64,000 nt of DNA from Alphaproteobacteria bacterium (GCA_963555825.3 CAUVXB020000001.1:1440001-1504000); one strand, 5' to 3'; positions 19,449 to 32,859 are shown, numbered from the stretch's first letter. Notes: generated from the letters alone by a model not told the origin. Made by a program: numbers and translations.

Positions 19449-20606
19449 CTACGCAAACAGCTTGGCCAAGCGTTCGACTGCTTCTTCCAGAACAGCATCC
19501 TGTTTGCAGAAGGCGAAGCGGGCGAAGTGGCGCACGTCGCCGGTGTCGTAGAAGGCCGAGAGCGGCACGCCGGTGACGCCGGCCTCGAGCGTGATGTGGC
19601 GGCAGAAGTCGACGTCGTCGCCGTCGAAGCCGAGCGGGCGAAAGTCGGCGCTGATGAAGTAGGTGCCAGCCGATTCGAGCACGCCGAAGCCGACCCGTTC
19701 GAGCCCGGCGCGCAACAGGTCGCGCTTGCGTTCCAGATCGCCCGCCAGGCCGGTGAAATAGGCGTCGTCCTTGGCCAGACCCTGGGCCACGGCGCGCTGC
19801 AGGTTTGGCGGCGTGGTGAAGGTCAGGAACTGGTGCGCCTTGGCGACCGTCGCGAGCGCCGCGGCGGCGCCGATCACCCAGCCGACCTTCCAGCCGGTCA
19901 GCGAGAAGATCTTGCCCGCCGAGCCGATGCGCAGCGTCCGCTCGGCCATCCCCGGCAGCGACATCAGCGGGACATGGCTCCGGCCGTCGAACAGCAGATG
20001 CTCGTAGACCTCGTCGCACACTGCATAGGCGTCGTGGGCGATCGTCAGCCCGGCGATGGCGGCCAACTCGTCGGCGCTGAACACCTTCGATGCCGGGTTC
20101 ATCGGGCTGTTCAGGAGCACCAGCTTGGTGCGCTCGGAGAACGCCGCGGCGAGCGCTTGCGCGTCGATCTTCCAGTCGGGCGGCTCGAGCCGTACCAGCC
20201 GGGGCGTCGCGCCGGCCCGGCGCACGATCGGCAGGTAAGAATCGTAGAGCGGCTCGAACAACACCGCCTCGTCGCCCGGCTCGAGCAAGCCGAACAGGCA
20301 ACTGGCGAGCGCCTCGGTCGCGCCCGAGGTGACCATGACCTCGGTCTGCCAGTCGTGCTCGAAGCCATAGAAGCGCTGGCCATGCGCGGCGAGCGCCTGG
20401 CGCAGCTCGGCCAGGCCCATCATCGGCGGGTACTGGTTGGGGCCCTCGACCGACGCCTCGGCCGCCGCCCGGCGCACGTCCTCGGGGCCGTCCTCGTCGG
20501 GGAAGCCCTGGCCCAGGTTGATCGCGCCGTGGTCGATGGCGAGCCGCGACATGACCTCGAACACGGTGGTGCCGAGACCCGAAAGAATACTGTTCGCCGG
20601 TTTCAC
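19449..20606 (-). CDS. Class I/II PLP aminotransferase (YbdL-like)
   Basis: INLGQGFPD, NSPMNP, CDEVYEHL, SAGKIFSLTGWKVGW; GTG start. Confidence 0.9.
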   Translation of the reverse strand: MKPANSILSGLGTTVFEVMSRLAIDHGAINLGQGFPDEDGPEDVRRAAAEASVEGPNQYPPMMGLAELRQALAAHGQRFYGFEHDWQTEVMVTSGATEALASCLFGLLEPGDEAVLFEPLYDSYLPIVRRAGATPRLVRLEPPDWKIDAQALAAAFSERTKLVLLNSPMNPASKVFSADELAAIAGLTIAHDAYAVCDEVYEHLLFDGRSHVPLMSLPGMAERTLRIGSAGKIFSLTGWKVGWVIGAAAALATVAKAHQFLTFTTPPNLQRAVAQGLAKDDAYFTGLAGDLERKRDLLRAGLERVGFGVLESAGTYFISADFRPLGFDGDDVDFCRHITLEAGVTGVPLSAFYDTGDVRHFARFAFCKQDAVLEEAVERLAKLFA

Positions 20607-20731
20607 GATCGCCTCTCCCCTGGCCTGCGACGCCGAGCTTGGCAAATGCGACGGGCGCGCGCAAGCACCCGGCTTGCACCGCGTCCGATGATGCGACATC
20701 TTCGGACAGGATCGGCTGAGGATCGCACGGC

Positions 20732-22036
20732 ATGGCCAAACCGCTGCCCCACGACGATGCCGGCTGTGGCTGGTACAACGCCCTACCGCCGCCCGCACCG
20801 GCGCGCCCGATCGCCGGCGACGAGACCGCCGATTGGGTCGTGCTCGGCGCCGGCATCACCGGCCTCGCCGCGGCGCGCCGCCTCGCCGAATTGGCGCCCG
20901 ACGCGCGCATCCTGCTGATCGAGGCCCAGCGCGTCGGCTATGGCGCCTCGGGGCGCAACGCCGGCTTCATCCTGGAGACGCCGCACTACACGGAGGGCTG
21001 GCCCAAGGCGCGCAGCGAGCGGCTGTTGCGCATCTTCCGCGCCGGCGCCGATTACCTGCGCGAGGCCGTCGCGAGCTACGGCATCGACTGCCAGTGGACC
21101 GAAACCGGCCAGCTCAAGGGCGCCCATGGCGACGTCGCCATGCCCTATCTCGAAGGCTACTGCAAGGCGCTCGACGACCACGACTTGCCGTACGAGCGGC
21201 TCGATGCCGACGGCATGGCAGCGATCACCGGCACGCGTTTCTACAAGGCCGGCGTGAATGCGACCGGCATGGCGCTGATCCAGCCCGCGGCGCTCGCCCG
21301 CGGCCTCGCGGAATCGCTGCCGGGCAACGCCGTCGAGCTGCGCGAGGAGAGCCCGGTCACCGCCATCCATCCCGGATCGCCGGTGCGCATCGATTGCGCC
21401 GGCGGCACGATCACCACCAAGGGGCTGCTGCTCACCACCAATATCTTCACGCCATCGCTCGGTTACTTCGGCAATCGCGTCTTTCCGCTTTGGATGTTCG
21501 CCAGCCTGTCGCGCCAATTGACCGGCGACGAGGTTGCGCGGCTCGGCGGCGCGCCGTCGTGGGGACTGGTGCCGGCGCATCCGGCGGGCACCACCGTGCG
21601 CCACACGCCCGACCACCGAATATTGATCCGCAACACCGTGCGCTACCGTCCCGATTTGGGCGCCAGCGAGGCGATGCGCCGCCACGCCCGAAAACACCAT
21701 GTCGATTCGTTCAGAGCCCGTTTCCCGATGCTCGAGGGCGTCGAGCTCGAGCACACCTGGTCTGGCGGATTGTGCATGACGCGGAACGGCGGCACGATCT
21801 TCGGCAAGACGGATCAGGGCGTCTTCACCTCGATCGCATACAACGGCCTCGGACTGACGCGCGGCACCGCGTCGGGCAAAGCGCTCGCCGAACTCGCGCT
21901 CGGCCACGACAGCGCGCTGTTGCGCGACGTCCAGGCGATGCCCAAGGCGTCGACGCGCCCGCCCGATCCGCTGCTCGCGCTCGGCGTGCGCAGCTACCTC
22001 ACCTATCTGCAATGGCGCGGCGGCGCCGAACGATGA
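20732..22036 (+). CDS. FAD-dependent oxidoreductase, DAO family
   Basis: VVLGAGITG, GASGRNAGF, YNGLGLTRGT motifs. Confidence 0.88.
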   Translation: MAKPLPHDDAGCGWYNALPPPAPARPIAGDETADWVVLGAGITGLAAARRLAELAPDARILLIEAQRVGYGASGRNAGFILETPHYTEGWPKARSERLLRIFRAGADYLREAVASYGIDCQWTETGQLKGAHGDVAMPYLEGYCKALDDHDLPYERLDADGMAAITGTRFYKAGVNATGMALIQPAALARGLAESLPGNAVELREESPVTAIHPGSPVRIDCAGGTITTKGLLLTTNIFTPSLGYFGNRVFPLWMFASLSRQLTGDEVARLGGAPSWGLVPAHPAGTTVRHTPDHRILIRNTVRYRPDLGASEAMRRHARKHHVDSFRARFPMLEGVELEHTWSGGLCMTRNGGTIFGKTDQGVFTSIAYNGLGLTRGTASGKALAELALGHDSALLRDVQAMPKASTRPPDPLLALGVRSYLTYLQWRGGAER

Positions 22037-23202
22037 CGCCCGCCGCCCGCATGTCGCGCCTCGGCACCGAAAGCGCCTTCGAGGTGCTGGCGCGCGCCAA
22101 CGCGCTGGCCGCCCAGGGCCGCGACATCATCAATCTCGGCATCGGCCAGCCCGACTTCCCGACGCCCGCGAACATCGTCGAGGCCGGCCGCAAGGCGCTC
22201 GCCGACGACCACCACGGCTACACGCCGGCCAACGGCATCGCCGCGCTGCGCGAGGCGGTCGCCGCCGACATTCTGGCCCGGCGCGGCATCGAGCTGCACC
22301 CCGACCGCATCGTCATCGTGCCCGGCGGCAAGGTCACCATGTTCTTCGCCATGATGATGTTCGGCGAGGCCGGCGCCGAGATCATCTATCCCGACCCTGG
22401 CTTTCCGATCTACCACTCGGTGGTGCGCTTCTCGGGCGCCGAGCCGGTGCCGATCGCGCTGCGCGCGGACAAGGGCTTCTCGATCGACGCCGACGAATTG
22501 CTCGGCCTGATCACGCCGCGTACCCGGCTGATCATCCTCAACAGCCCTGGTAACCCGACCGGCGGGATCATCGCCGTCGACGAACTCGACAAGCTGGCCG
22601 CCGGCCTCGAGGCGCACCCGCATGTCGCGATTCTCTCCGACGAGATCTATTCGCGCATGATCTACGACAACCACGCGCATGCGAGCCTGCTCTCCTATGA
22701 ATCGATTCGCGACCGGGTCATCCTGCTCGACGGCTGGTCGAAGACCTACGCCATGACCGGCTGGCGCATCGGCTATGGCGTGTGGCCCGAAAGCCTGGTC
22801 GAGAACGCCACGCGCTTCGCCATCAACGACCATTCCTGCGTCAACGCGGCGACGCAATACGCCGCGCTCGAAGCGCTGACCGGACCGCAAGACTCGGTCG
22901 ACGCGATGGTCGCCGCCTTCGACGAACGCCGCGAGGTGATCGCCGCCGAATTGAACGCCATCCCCGGCTTCCGCTGCACTCGCCCGCTCGGCGCCTTCTA
23001 TGCCTTCCCCGACATCACCGGCACCGGCCGGACCGCGCGTGAGCTCCAAGACCTGCTCTTGAACGAGGCCGGCGTCGCGACCATCGCCGGCGCCAGCTTC
23101 GGCGCCCAGGGCGAAGGCTTCCTGCGCTTCTCCTACGCCGCCTCGACCGACGACATCCGAGAGGCCATGGACCGCATCCGCGACTGTCTGACAGCCGCTT
23201 GA
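22033..23202 (+). CDS. Class I/II PLP aminotransferase (aspartate aminotransferase-like)
   Basis: INLGIGQPDF, NSPGNPTGG, SDEIY, GWSKTYAMTGWRIG; ATGA overlap with upstream gene. Confidence 0.92.
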   Translation: MTPAARMSRLGTESAFEVLARANALAAQGRDIINLGIGQPDFPTPANIVEAGRKALADDHHGYTPANGIAALREAVAADILARRGIELHPDRIVIVPGGKVTMFFAMMMFGEAGAEIIYPDPGFPIYHSVVRFSGAEPVPIALRADKGFSIDADELLGLITPRTRLIILNSPGNPTGGIIAVDELDKLAAGLEAHPHVAILSDEIYSRMIYDNHAHASLLSYESIRDRVILLDGWSKTYAMTGWRIGYGVWPESLVENATRFAINDHSCVNAATQYAALEALTGPQDSVDAMVAAFDERREVIAAELNAIPGFRCTRPLGAFYAFPDITGTGRTARELQDLLLNEAGVATIAGASFGAQGEGFLRFSYAASTDDIREAMDRIRDCLTAA

Positions 23203-23451
23203 GAGGTCGTTCGGATCGCCCGACAAGACGGGCGTGTGCTGCCCGGATCGGCGTACGCCCTCACAGTACGAATTGGTCATGGCGTCGGGTTTCTAATCGC
23301 CACGCCAGCCCCACGATCGGCGGACTACGGCCTTACGTGTCCGTTCACAGACGGACTCGCGGTCCAATGCCCGTTGTGCTACTATAGTTGGTAATTTATA
23401 AAAATTAGTTCAACTTTAAGACTCAACCAGGGGTTTTCCGGTGGGGAGGCT

Positions 23452-26400
23452 ATGATGATAAAGAGGATTAGATTTGGTGTCACGGCGTTAGTTGGCGTCG
23501 TGACACTCATCGCGCTGGTCGTTTCCTGCGGTTCCCCCACGCCCGACCCGGTCGCCCTTAAGCCGCAACCGTTTGTACGTGGATACATTGCCGTTGACGT
23601 TCCTCAACCGGGCGGGAATGACGTGGTTGCCACGGGCGCGCGCCGTGGCCGCGACGTCTATCTACCCATGATCAAAGTGCATCTCTTGAATCTTCTCGAC
23701 GATTCGAGAGGGGATGCCGTGACGACGGACCTGTCCGGCCGGTTCACGTTGCCGGTTTCCGAGGGCCGCTACCGGATCTGTTGGGAAGGCGAGGGTTTTG
23801 TGCCGAGTTGCACAAAGAACATCGTCAGCGTTGGATCGGACCCCGTTCACGTCAGCACGATACGGATCGATATTTTGGAATCCTCCGAAACTTCGGTCGT
23901 TTACGGGCGTGTGCAGTTATCGGAGGGGTCCTCGTTCCGTCTGCTCGAACCCTCGGCCGACATCAATGTTTTTGGTCAGGTACGCCTGCTGGACGCGACG
24001 AATGCGGCTAGATACACCGCCCTGGTCAACAATTTTGGAGACTATTTGATCCCCAACGTACCCGTGAACGCCAACGTGTCCCTGGTCGCGCGTGTCAACA
24101 ACGGCGAGGTGGTTCAAGAGATAAACCGCAGGCGAACCTGGCTGGCGCTCCGTTTCACAGCATCGATTTGACGATCAACAACGCGCCGCCCCGAGTCCGG
24201 CCGTTGATCCCCAAGCACGATTCGGGTGATCGCGTTCAGGTTGCGGCGCCAGGCGAGTCGGTCACGATCGAGGCGGTCGCAGACGATCCGGATGGCGACG
24301 CGGTCAAGTTTCGTTGGTTGCTGGGCGCCGGGTCTGGAATTCTCAGCTCGACCACCGACGCGGTCGTGAAGTGGGGGCTGCCGATAACCGAAGGCATGTA
24401 CACGGTCACCCTCATCGCCACCGACGAGAAGGGCGGGCACGCGCGCCACAACATCTCGATTCGCGTCGACACCAAGGGCGTCGTCTTCTCCGGCCACGTA
24501 GTATCGACCGGTGGAGACCCGGTCATCGGCGCGCAGGTGACCATCAATGGCAGCCCGACCAAAACCGATCCCACCGGGTTCTTCCGCTTTCACGTGCCGG
24601 AGGAAGATCGTTACGTCCTCAATGTGAGTACGCAAGACTTCGGACTCCTCTCGCTTATTCTCGACCGAGGCGTAACGGGCGGCCGTTATCAGCTCGTCCC
24701 CGCGACGGTGACGACGGTGGATCCGACGCAAGAAATCGATGTCGTGGATGAACGCTCGCCACGCAATTGTCCGGGGCCGGCGAGCCTACATTTCGATCTA
24801 AAAACGTTCCCCGGTGGCGTGACGCCTATTTGGCAAGATGGCAAGGGTAACGTCATCGCGCCCGGCAAGGAGAGTTTGCCATCGCTTTCGCGGGACCGGG
24901 ACCGGGACCGGGACCGGAAGGGCTGCGGCGAAGGCGTACGCGTCCGCATACCGGCCAACTCGATCGAGGACGCGAACGGGAACCCACCCACCGGGCCCGT
25001 GCAGGTATCCCTCTCGACGGTAGACCCGATGTCGCCCGATCAGATGCCGGGCGATTATACCGTGGCCCTGTCGGCGGGCGGCACACAGGTGATGGAAAGC
25101 TACGGGGCCGCGACCATCAACATCGTCTCGGGCACAACCAAATTCAATCTCAAATCTGGCGCGTTCGCCGAAGTGACGATACCGGTGGACCCGGCACAGC
25201 TTGCTGCCGGCGCCCCCCTCGCCCCGACCATACCGCTGCTGTTCTATGACGAGGTGCAGGGCGTCTGGAAGGAGGATACCGTTGCAGCGCTGCAAGGCAC
25301 TGCCTACGTCGCCAAAATCAGCCATTTCTCGACCGTGAATACGGACGTGCTGAAGACCAACCAAGCCTGCGTAAGCGTCGACGCGTCCGACCCCGGCCTT
25401 CCCGGGAGCTTTCGAATGCAGGTCATCGTTCCACGTGGGGCCAACATCGCCCCGCGGGTGGTGGATCAACCGATCGACAACAGCCTGCAAAAAGAACACG
25501 CGATCTACAATCTGCCACCGGGCATCAACATCACCGTGGCGCCCTACGATGCCGTGACGAGAGTACCCTTCGGAACCTTCGTGGTGAACACCGGTGGCAT
25601 ACAGAACCCGACCGATCCGAACAAGCCGTTTGGTCCACCCTATTCGGCCTGTTCCACCACCGTGGTACTGACGCCTCAGGTACTTCCTGACAACCCCATC
25701 AGCGGTGAGTTTCTCCACGGTCTCTTCAGCTTCGCGGCTACGGAGCTGGTGGAGACCGATATTCCAATACCCGATACCCTGTCCAACCAGCTGGACACCG
25801 CGACCGTCAATTACTACGCCCGGGTGGACCCGACCGGAACGCGCCTGACCCTCGACGGCGCCACCGGCTTCAAGACGCACCATAGCTTCGGCGCGGGTGG
25901 CCCCAATTGCACCAACCTCGCCGCCGGCGAGACCTGTGCCATCTTCGCCAACAGCGGCGACCTGGGCTTCGGCCGCAAGATGCACTGTAAGAAGAACGGC
26001 GCAGACGCCGCTTGCTACGTGACCAACTACGGCAACATCAATACACTGGATACCGACGACGTCGCAGCGGCCGTCGCCAACAACGGTAAAGTTGCGACGG
26101 TGGCGATGGAGTTTGCGCCGATCGAAGGCGCCGGGGCCGACCCGGTTGTGAAGTTCTTTGTCTACAACGCCGCGGGTGATCGCGTGAACAACGCCGACCT
26201 GGACAACAAGGGCCTTCGTCCCATTCCGCAACTGTGCATGGTGTGTCATGGCGGCAATTATCCGGGTGGCGCTACCGTCGGTGTCCCGCCCTTCAGCGAC
26301 CCAAACGAGGCCAAGCTGGGGTCGCAGTTTATTGCCTTCGACATCCACAACTACACGTTCGCCGCGGCTCCGTTCGACCGGTCGGGCCAGCAAGCCGCCT

Positions 26401-27296
26401 TCAAGACGCTCAACGAACAGATCGTCATGGCGACGAATGTGAGCGACCACACCGCGCTCGTGATCGCCGAAATGTACGATGGCGACAACGGCTTTCCAGT
26501 GACCGATCAGGAAGAACTTCTGGTGATCGACGATACGGGCGAGCCGGTTGCCGCCGATCGCTGGACCGGTGCGCCGCCAAAACGAGATATGTACAAACAC
26601 GTCGTTGGAAATGCTTGTCGGACCTGCCACGCGACGCATCCCGTGCCCACGCTTCGATTCACAAATGCCAAGCAGATGATCAACATCCTCGGCAGCGTCG
26701 AAAGCCGGGTTTGCTCGGAGCGCGTGATGCCCCACGCCAAAGTGACCCATGACCTATTCTGGTTGAGTGTTGACGACGTGGATACGTCGGCCATCGAGCC
26801 CCATCAGCCAGGCATTCTGCAGGCCTTCGGCGATGACTTTGGGAACGCCGCCAACGGATGGCAAGGCACTCTCTGCGGTGTCTTCACCGGCGGCGCGCCC
26901 TCGCCACCGTCCGCGTTCAACGACATCAAGAACGATATCTTCACGCCCAAGTGCTCAGGCTGCCACTTAGGCGGATCGCCGCCGGGGAATATGAACCTGC
27001 AGGCGGCCAACGCCCACGCGCAGATCGTCGATATTAGTTCCTGCGAACGGCCGGTGATGGATCGCGTCGAACCCGGATCGGCCGTGGACTCGTACCTCTA
27101 CCGCAAGGTCAAGGGCGATCACACCGGCCTCTTGGGGTGTGATGCCAGTGCCTGCGGTGCCTTTGGCGTCGACGACGCGATAGGGTGCGGATTTCAGATG
27201 CCTTGGTCCGCCGGGGCGGTACCGTCATCATCGCCACTGTCGGGGCCAGAGTTGCTGCAGATCGAGGACTGGATCAACGTCGGCGCGCCAAACTGA
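23452..27296 (+). CDS. Large lipoprotein with Ig-like/PKD domains and three c-type heme motifs, frameshifted near 24125 (ORFs 23452..24171 and 24168..27296)
   Basis: Lipobox LVVSC; DDPDGDAVKFRW PKD-like motif; CMVCH, CRTCH, CSGCH; the second frame is already open upstream (PQANLAGAPFHSIDLTINN). Confidence 0.75.
24891..24917 (+). repeat. CGGGAC hexamer microsatellite (4.5 copies, encodes RDRDRDRDR)
   Basis: cgggac cgggac cgggac cgggac cgg. Confidence 0.85.
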
Positions 27297-27346
27297 CGTT
27301 CCCATCGATCGGTCGAGAAGGAGTTCTCATTCAGCGGGACCAACGC

Positions 27347-27515
27347 GACATCACCGACCACGGCACACGTGCCCGGTAGGGCCTGCTGCTCAACGAGGCC
27401 GGCGGCGCAACCATCGCCGGCACCAGCGGGCGAAGGCTTCCTGCGCTTCTCCTACGCCGCCTCGACCGACGACATCCGCGCCGCCATGCAGCGCATCCGC
27501 GATTGTTTGGCGTGA
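27347..27515 (+). repeat. Degenerate direct repeat of the aminotransferase 3' end (23011..23202)
   Basis: 51-bp exact match 23109-23159 = 27428-27478, flanking similarity, 11-bp deletion in this copy. Confidence 0.9.
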
Positions 27516-27539
27516 GGTGCTGCCCGATCGATATGCGAT

Positions 27540-27556
27540 TGCCTGTTTTCTAGGCA
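27540..27556. promoter_or_regulatory. Putative NtrC-type binding site upstream of glnB
   Basis: TGCCT-N7-AGGCA inverted repeat about 75 bp upstream of the sigma54 box. Confidence 0.5.
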
Positions 27557-27631
27557 ACTGCGTTCCAGGCTAATACCCGCCTGCCCCGGCTCGAACGGTG
27601 CGAGACATGGATTTCCAGGCCGCCCGGCAGT

Positions 27632-27647
27632 TGGCACGTTTCGTGCT
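27632..27647 (+). promoter_or_regulatory. Sigma54 (-24/-12) promoter of glnB-glnA
   Basis: TGGCACGTTTCGTGCT with GG-N10-GC spacing. Confidence 0.8.
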
Positions 27648-27657
27648 TCTCCCATAA

Positions 27658-28077
<420 letters not shown>

Positions 28078-28140
28078 ACAACCGACAACCAATCAGCCAC
28101 CGCCAATCAGCCAACGTCCAATCAAAAGGAAAACGATCCG

Positions 28141-29550
<1,410 letters not shown>

Positions 29551-29755
29551 GGTGAATTGAGTTAATCTTTCACCTTAAGATCAATCACCCTGTCTGGTCG
29601 ACGGCCCGGCGCGCTCGCGCCAGGCCGTTTTCGATTGACGCTGGGTTCGGCCGAGCCGCGCGAGCATCCAGCGATTGGAAGCTGTAAGATGGCTGCCGAT
29701 GTGTTGCTTGGCCGCCCGCCCTGCCCTGGGCGCCGGCCAATGAGGAAGCGCAGAC

Positions 29756-30724
29756 ATGAACATCCTGATCCTCACCGACTTCGTGCTGCCCGAGGTGACC
29801 GAGGCACAGCTCGAGGCGATCGAGATCGCCGCCGGTCCCGGCGCCAAGATCACGGTCGCCACCGACCGGGACGCCGCGCTGGCCGCCGCGCGCGAGACCG
29901 AGGTACTGCTCGGCGCCATCGACGCCGAGCTTTTCGCCCTCGCCCCAAACCTCAAATGGGTGCAGGCGGCGGCGTCGGGCGTCGACGCCATGCTGTTCCC
30001 GGAATTCCGCGACAGCGACGTCGTGATGACCGGCGAGAAGGGGCTGGTTGGGCCGCATCTCGCCGACCATGCCATGGCGCTGCTGCTGGCGCTCGTCCGC
30101 CGCCTCGCCGAGGCCGCCAAGGACGGTCCGGCGTCGTGGGACAAGCGGTTCGACTACCGGCGCCGAGAGCTGGAGTTGGAGGGCATGAAAATGGGCATCA
30201 TCGGCTTCGGCAGCACCGGGCGGTCGCTCGCCCAGCGCGCCGCCGGCTTCGACATGCGCGTCCGCGCGGTCGACCGCGATCCGGTGCCCGGCACGCCGGC
30301 GGTCCGGGTGGTCGAGCCGCTCGCCAGCATGCACGACATGCTCGGGGTCTCCGATGTCGTCGCGCTCTGCGCGCCGCTGACCGAGGAGACCAGGGGAATG
30401 TTCGATGCCGCGTGCTTCGCCGCCATGAAACCCGGCGCATTTCTGATCAACGTGACGCGCGGCGAGCTGGTGGTTCACGAGGCGATGGTCGCGGCGCTCG
30501 GTACGGGGCGCCTCGGCGGCGCCGGCCTCGACGTCCACCACGCCGAGCCCCTGCCCGCCGACGACCCGCTGTGGGGCCACCCGAACGTCGTCATGACCCC
30601 GCACACCGCGGGCGCGAGCCAACTGCGCGCCGGGCGCAACATCGACCGCTTCGTCGACAACCTGGTCCACTTCCGGCGCGGCGAGGCGCTGGTCGGCAAG
30701 GTCGACAAGGCGCTCGGCTATTGA
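29756..30724 (+). CDS. D-isomer-specific 2-hydroxyacid dehydrogenase
   Basis: GIIGFGSTG, INVTRG, GLDV..EPL, TPHTAG motifs. Confidence 0.9.
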   Translation: MNILILTDFVLPEVTEAQLEAIEIAAGPGAKITVATDRDAALAAARETEVLLGAIDAELFALAPNLKWVQAAASGVDAMLFPEFRDSDVVMTGEKGLVGPHLADHAMALLLALVRRLAEAAKDGPASWDKRFDYRRRELELEGMKMGIIGFGSTGRSLAQRAAGFDMRVRAVDRDPVPGTPAVRVVEPLASMHDMLGVSDVVALCAPLTEETRGMFDAACFAAMKPGAFLINVTRGELVVHEAMVAALGTGRLGGAGLDVHHAEPLPADDPLWGHPNVVMTPHTAGASQLRAGRNIDRFVDNLVHFRRGEALVGKVDKALGY

Positions 30725-30985
30725 TACCAAGGAGCAGTGATAAAGGCCCCTAGAGATCGCGTCCGCTTTTCGCCGGGTAGGAAGGGAGCCGCGGGCGATG
30801 CAGCGCATCGGCTAGGCTACCTGACGCCCTCCGGCGATAAGCGGCCGCGACCCGAAGGGCGGCTTGCCGAGGCTCTCGGACATCGTTGCGCCCGCCTTGC
30901 GATGCGCCGCATCGCCGCGACGGTCGCGCCTAGCCGAGAACCACGGCAAGCCGTCTCTACGGGTCTTTATCACTGATCCTTGGTA
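30725..30985. mobile_element. 261-bp MITE, copy 2, inserted at a TGA stop codon
   Basis: TIR TACCAAGGAGCAGTGATAAAGGCC / GGTCTTTATCACTGATCCTTGGTA; TGA at 30722-30724 and 30986-30988. Confidence 0.88.
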
Positions 30986-31684
30986 TGAGCCCCGCCATGG
31001 CCGTAACGGCACAACAGCTGTTCGAAATCGAGACCTATGGTTTCACCGTCGTCGAGGACGTGTTGTCGGCCGAGGAGGCGGCCGAGATCCGCGCGATCAA
31101 CCTGCGCCTCTTGGACGCGCACGGCGAGGACCTCGTCTTCGAGGGCCGCGCCGGGCACATCACCAACCTGCCGACGCTCGACCCGGTCTACTTCAAATGC
31201 ATCGACCACCCCAAGGTGCTGCCTATCCTCGAGGCGGTCATGGGCGACGAGCTGATCCTCGCCAGCCTGAACTCGCGCATCGTCAGACCGGGCGAAAAAC
31301 AGCAGTCGCTGCACGCCGACGTGCCGCCGCAGTTCCGCCGCCCGGGCGCGCCGGTCATGATGAACACCGCCTGGATGCTCGACGACTTCACGATCGAGAA
31401 CGGCGCGACGCGCATCGTGCCGGGCTCGCACCGCGCCGATGCGTCGCGGCCGCCCGAGGACGCCGTAGTCAAGCACGTCCACCACGCGATCGGGCCGGCC
31501 GGCAGCGTCCTGGTGTTCAACGGCCAGTGCTGGCACGGCGGCGGGACGAACGATTCGGACCGGCCGCGCCAGGCCCTGTTCGGCCACTACCGGGTGGCGC
31601 GCTGGACGCGCTTCCAGTGCGACCCACACCGCGGCTTCCCCGAAGAATGGTTCGATCTGCTCAACGATCGCCAGAAGCGTCTTA

Positions 31685-32859
31685 TACCAGTGAGCGCCTG
31701 AATTGACTCTCGGGATATTCATTGATGGCGGATGATGGCGGATTGTGATTCTATGGTCTCCCACCAGATGTGGGGGATGTCATGGGATCAGCACTCAAGA
31801 TACGGGATGATTTGACGCCTTTGGAGCTTCGGCGCTGGGCTCGCGTGGAATCGTACGGTCGAGCGGCGGCGCGGGCCTATGGGATCGCGAATGCTTTGGA
31901 GGAGATGCCCCGGGCTGATGCCGCGCGGCTTGCGGGGATGGATCGCCAAACGCTTCGCGACGCGGTTGTTCGTTACAATGCAAAGGGATTGGAGGGGCTT
32001 CACGACCGTCCAAAGGGCTACTCGCCGCGGCGGCTGACGGCAGACGAGGAAGCGGCGCTGGCGGCGGTCATCATCGCCGGGCCGGAGCCTGAGCGCGACG
32101 GGGTTTGCGCCTGGACCCGGGCCGATCTGTGCCGCTGGCTGGAGGAGCGCTTCGCCAAGACCTACCACCCCTCGAGCATGACCCGGGTTCTACGGCGGAT
32201 GGGATTTTCCCGCCAGAAGGCGCGCCCGAGCCACCCGCGAAGGGACGCCGAAGCGCAGGAGCGCTTCAAAAAAGGGGGCTTCGCGACATCCTGAAGGCGA
32301 CCGCCGCGGCGCATCCCGACAAGCGCCTACAGCTGTGGTTTCAGGATGAAGCGCGCGTCGGCAACAAGGGCCGGGTGTGTCACCGGTGGTGGCGCAGGGG
32401 CGAGCGTGCCCCCGGGACGCGTCAAATCGGCTACCAGTGGGCCTACATCTTCTCCGCCGTGCGCCCGGACACCGGCGACGACGTCACCCTGGTGATGCCG
32501 AGCGTCAACGCCAAGGTCATGGACCTGTTTCTCGCACACTTCGCCGATACCCTGGACCAGGATGCGCACGCCGTCATGATGTGCGACGGCGCCGGTTGGC
32601 ACGACGAGCGCGCCCTCACCGTCCCCGACAACGTCACCTTGGCGCTGTTGCCGCCTTACAGTCCCGAACTCAACCCCGTCGAGCGGGTTTGGCTCTACCT
32701 ACGCGAACGCTTCCTATCGCTCCGCGTCCTCGACGACACCGAGGCCATCATCGACGCCTGTTGCCAAGCATGGATCGACCTCATCGCAGAACCGGATCGT
32801 ATGCGAACCCTCTGCGCCTATCCATGGATCATGAAGGTGATTTCATAGGCTCACTGGTA
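31685..32859 (+). mobile_element. IS630 family element (type B), copy 1
   Basis: IRs TACCAGTGAGC / GCTCACTGGTA; TTA on both sides; same element at 47888..49062. Confidence 0.92.
31782..32848 (+). CDS. IS630 transposase, -1 frameshift at AAAAAAGGGGG
   Basis: orfA HTH; orfB WFQDEAR, CDGAGWH, YSPELNPVE. Confidence 0.87.

Noticed and set aside
24169-24171. Selenocysteine or stop-codon readthrough joining the two cytochrome ORFs
   Set aside because: The two ORFs are in different frames, so readthrough cannot join them; a 1-bp indel can
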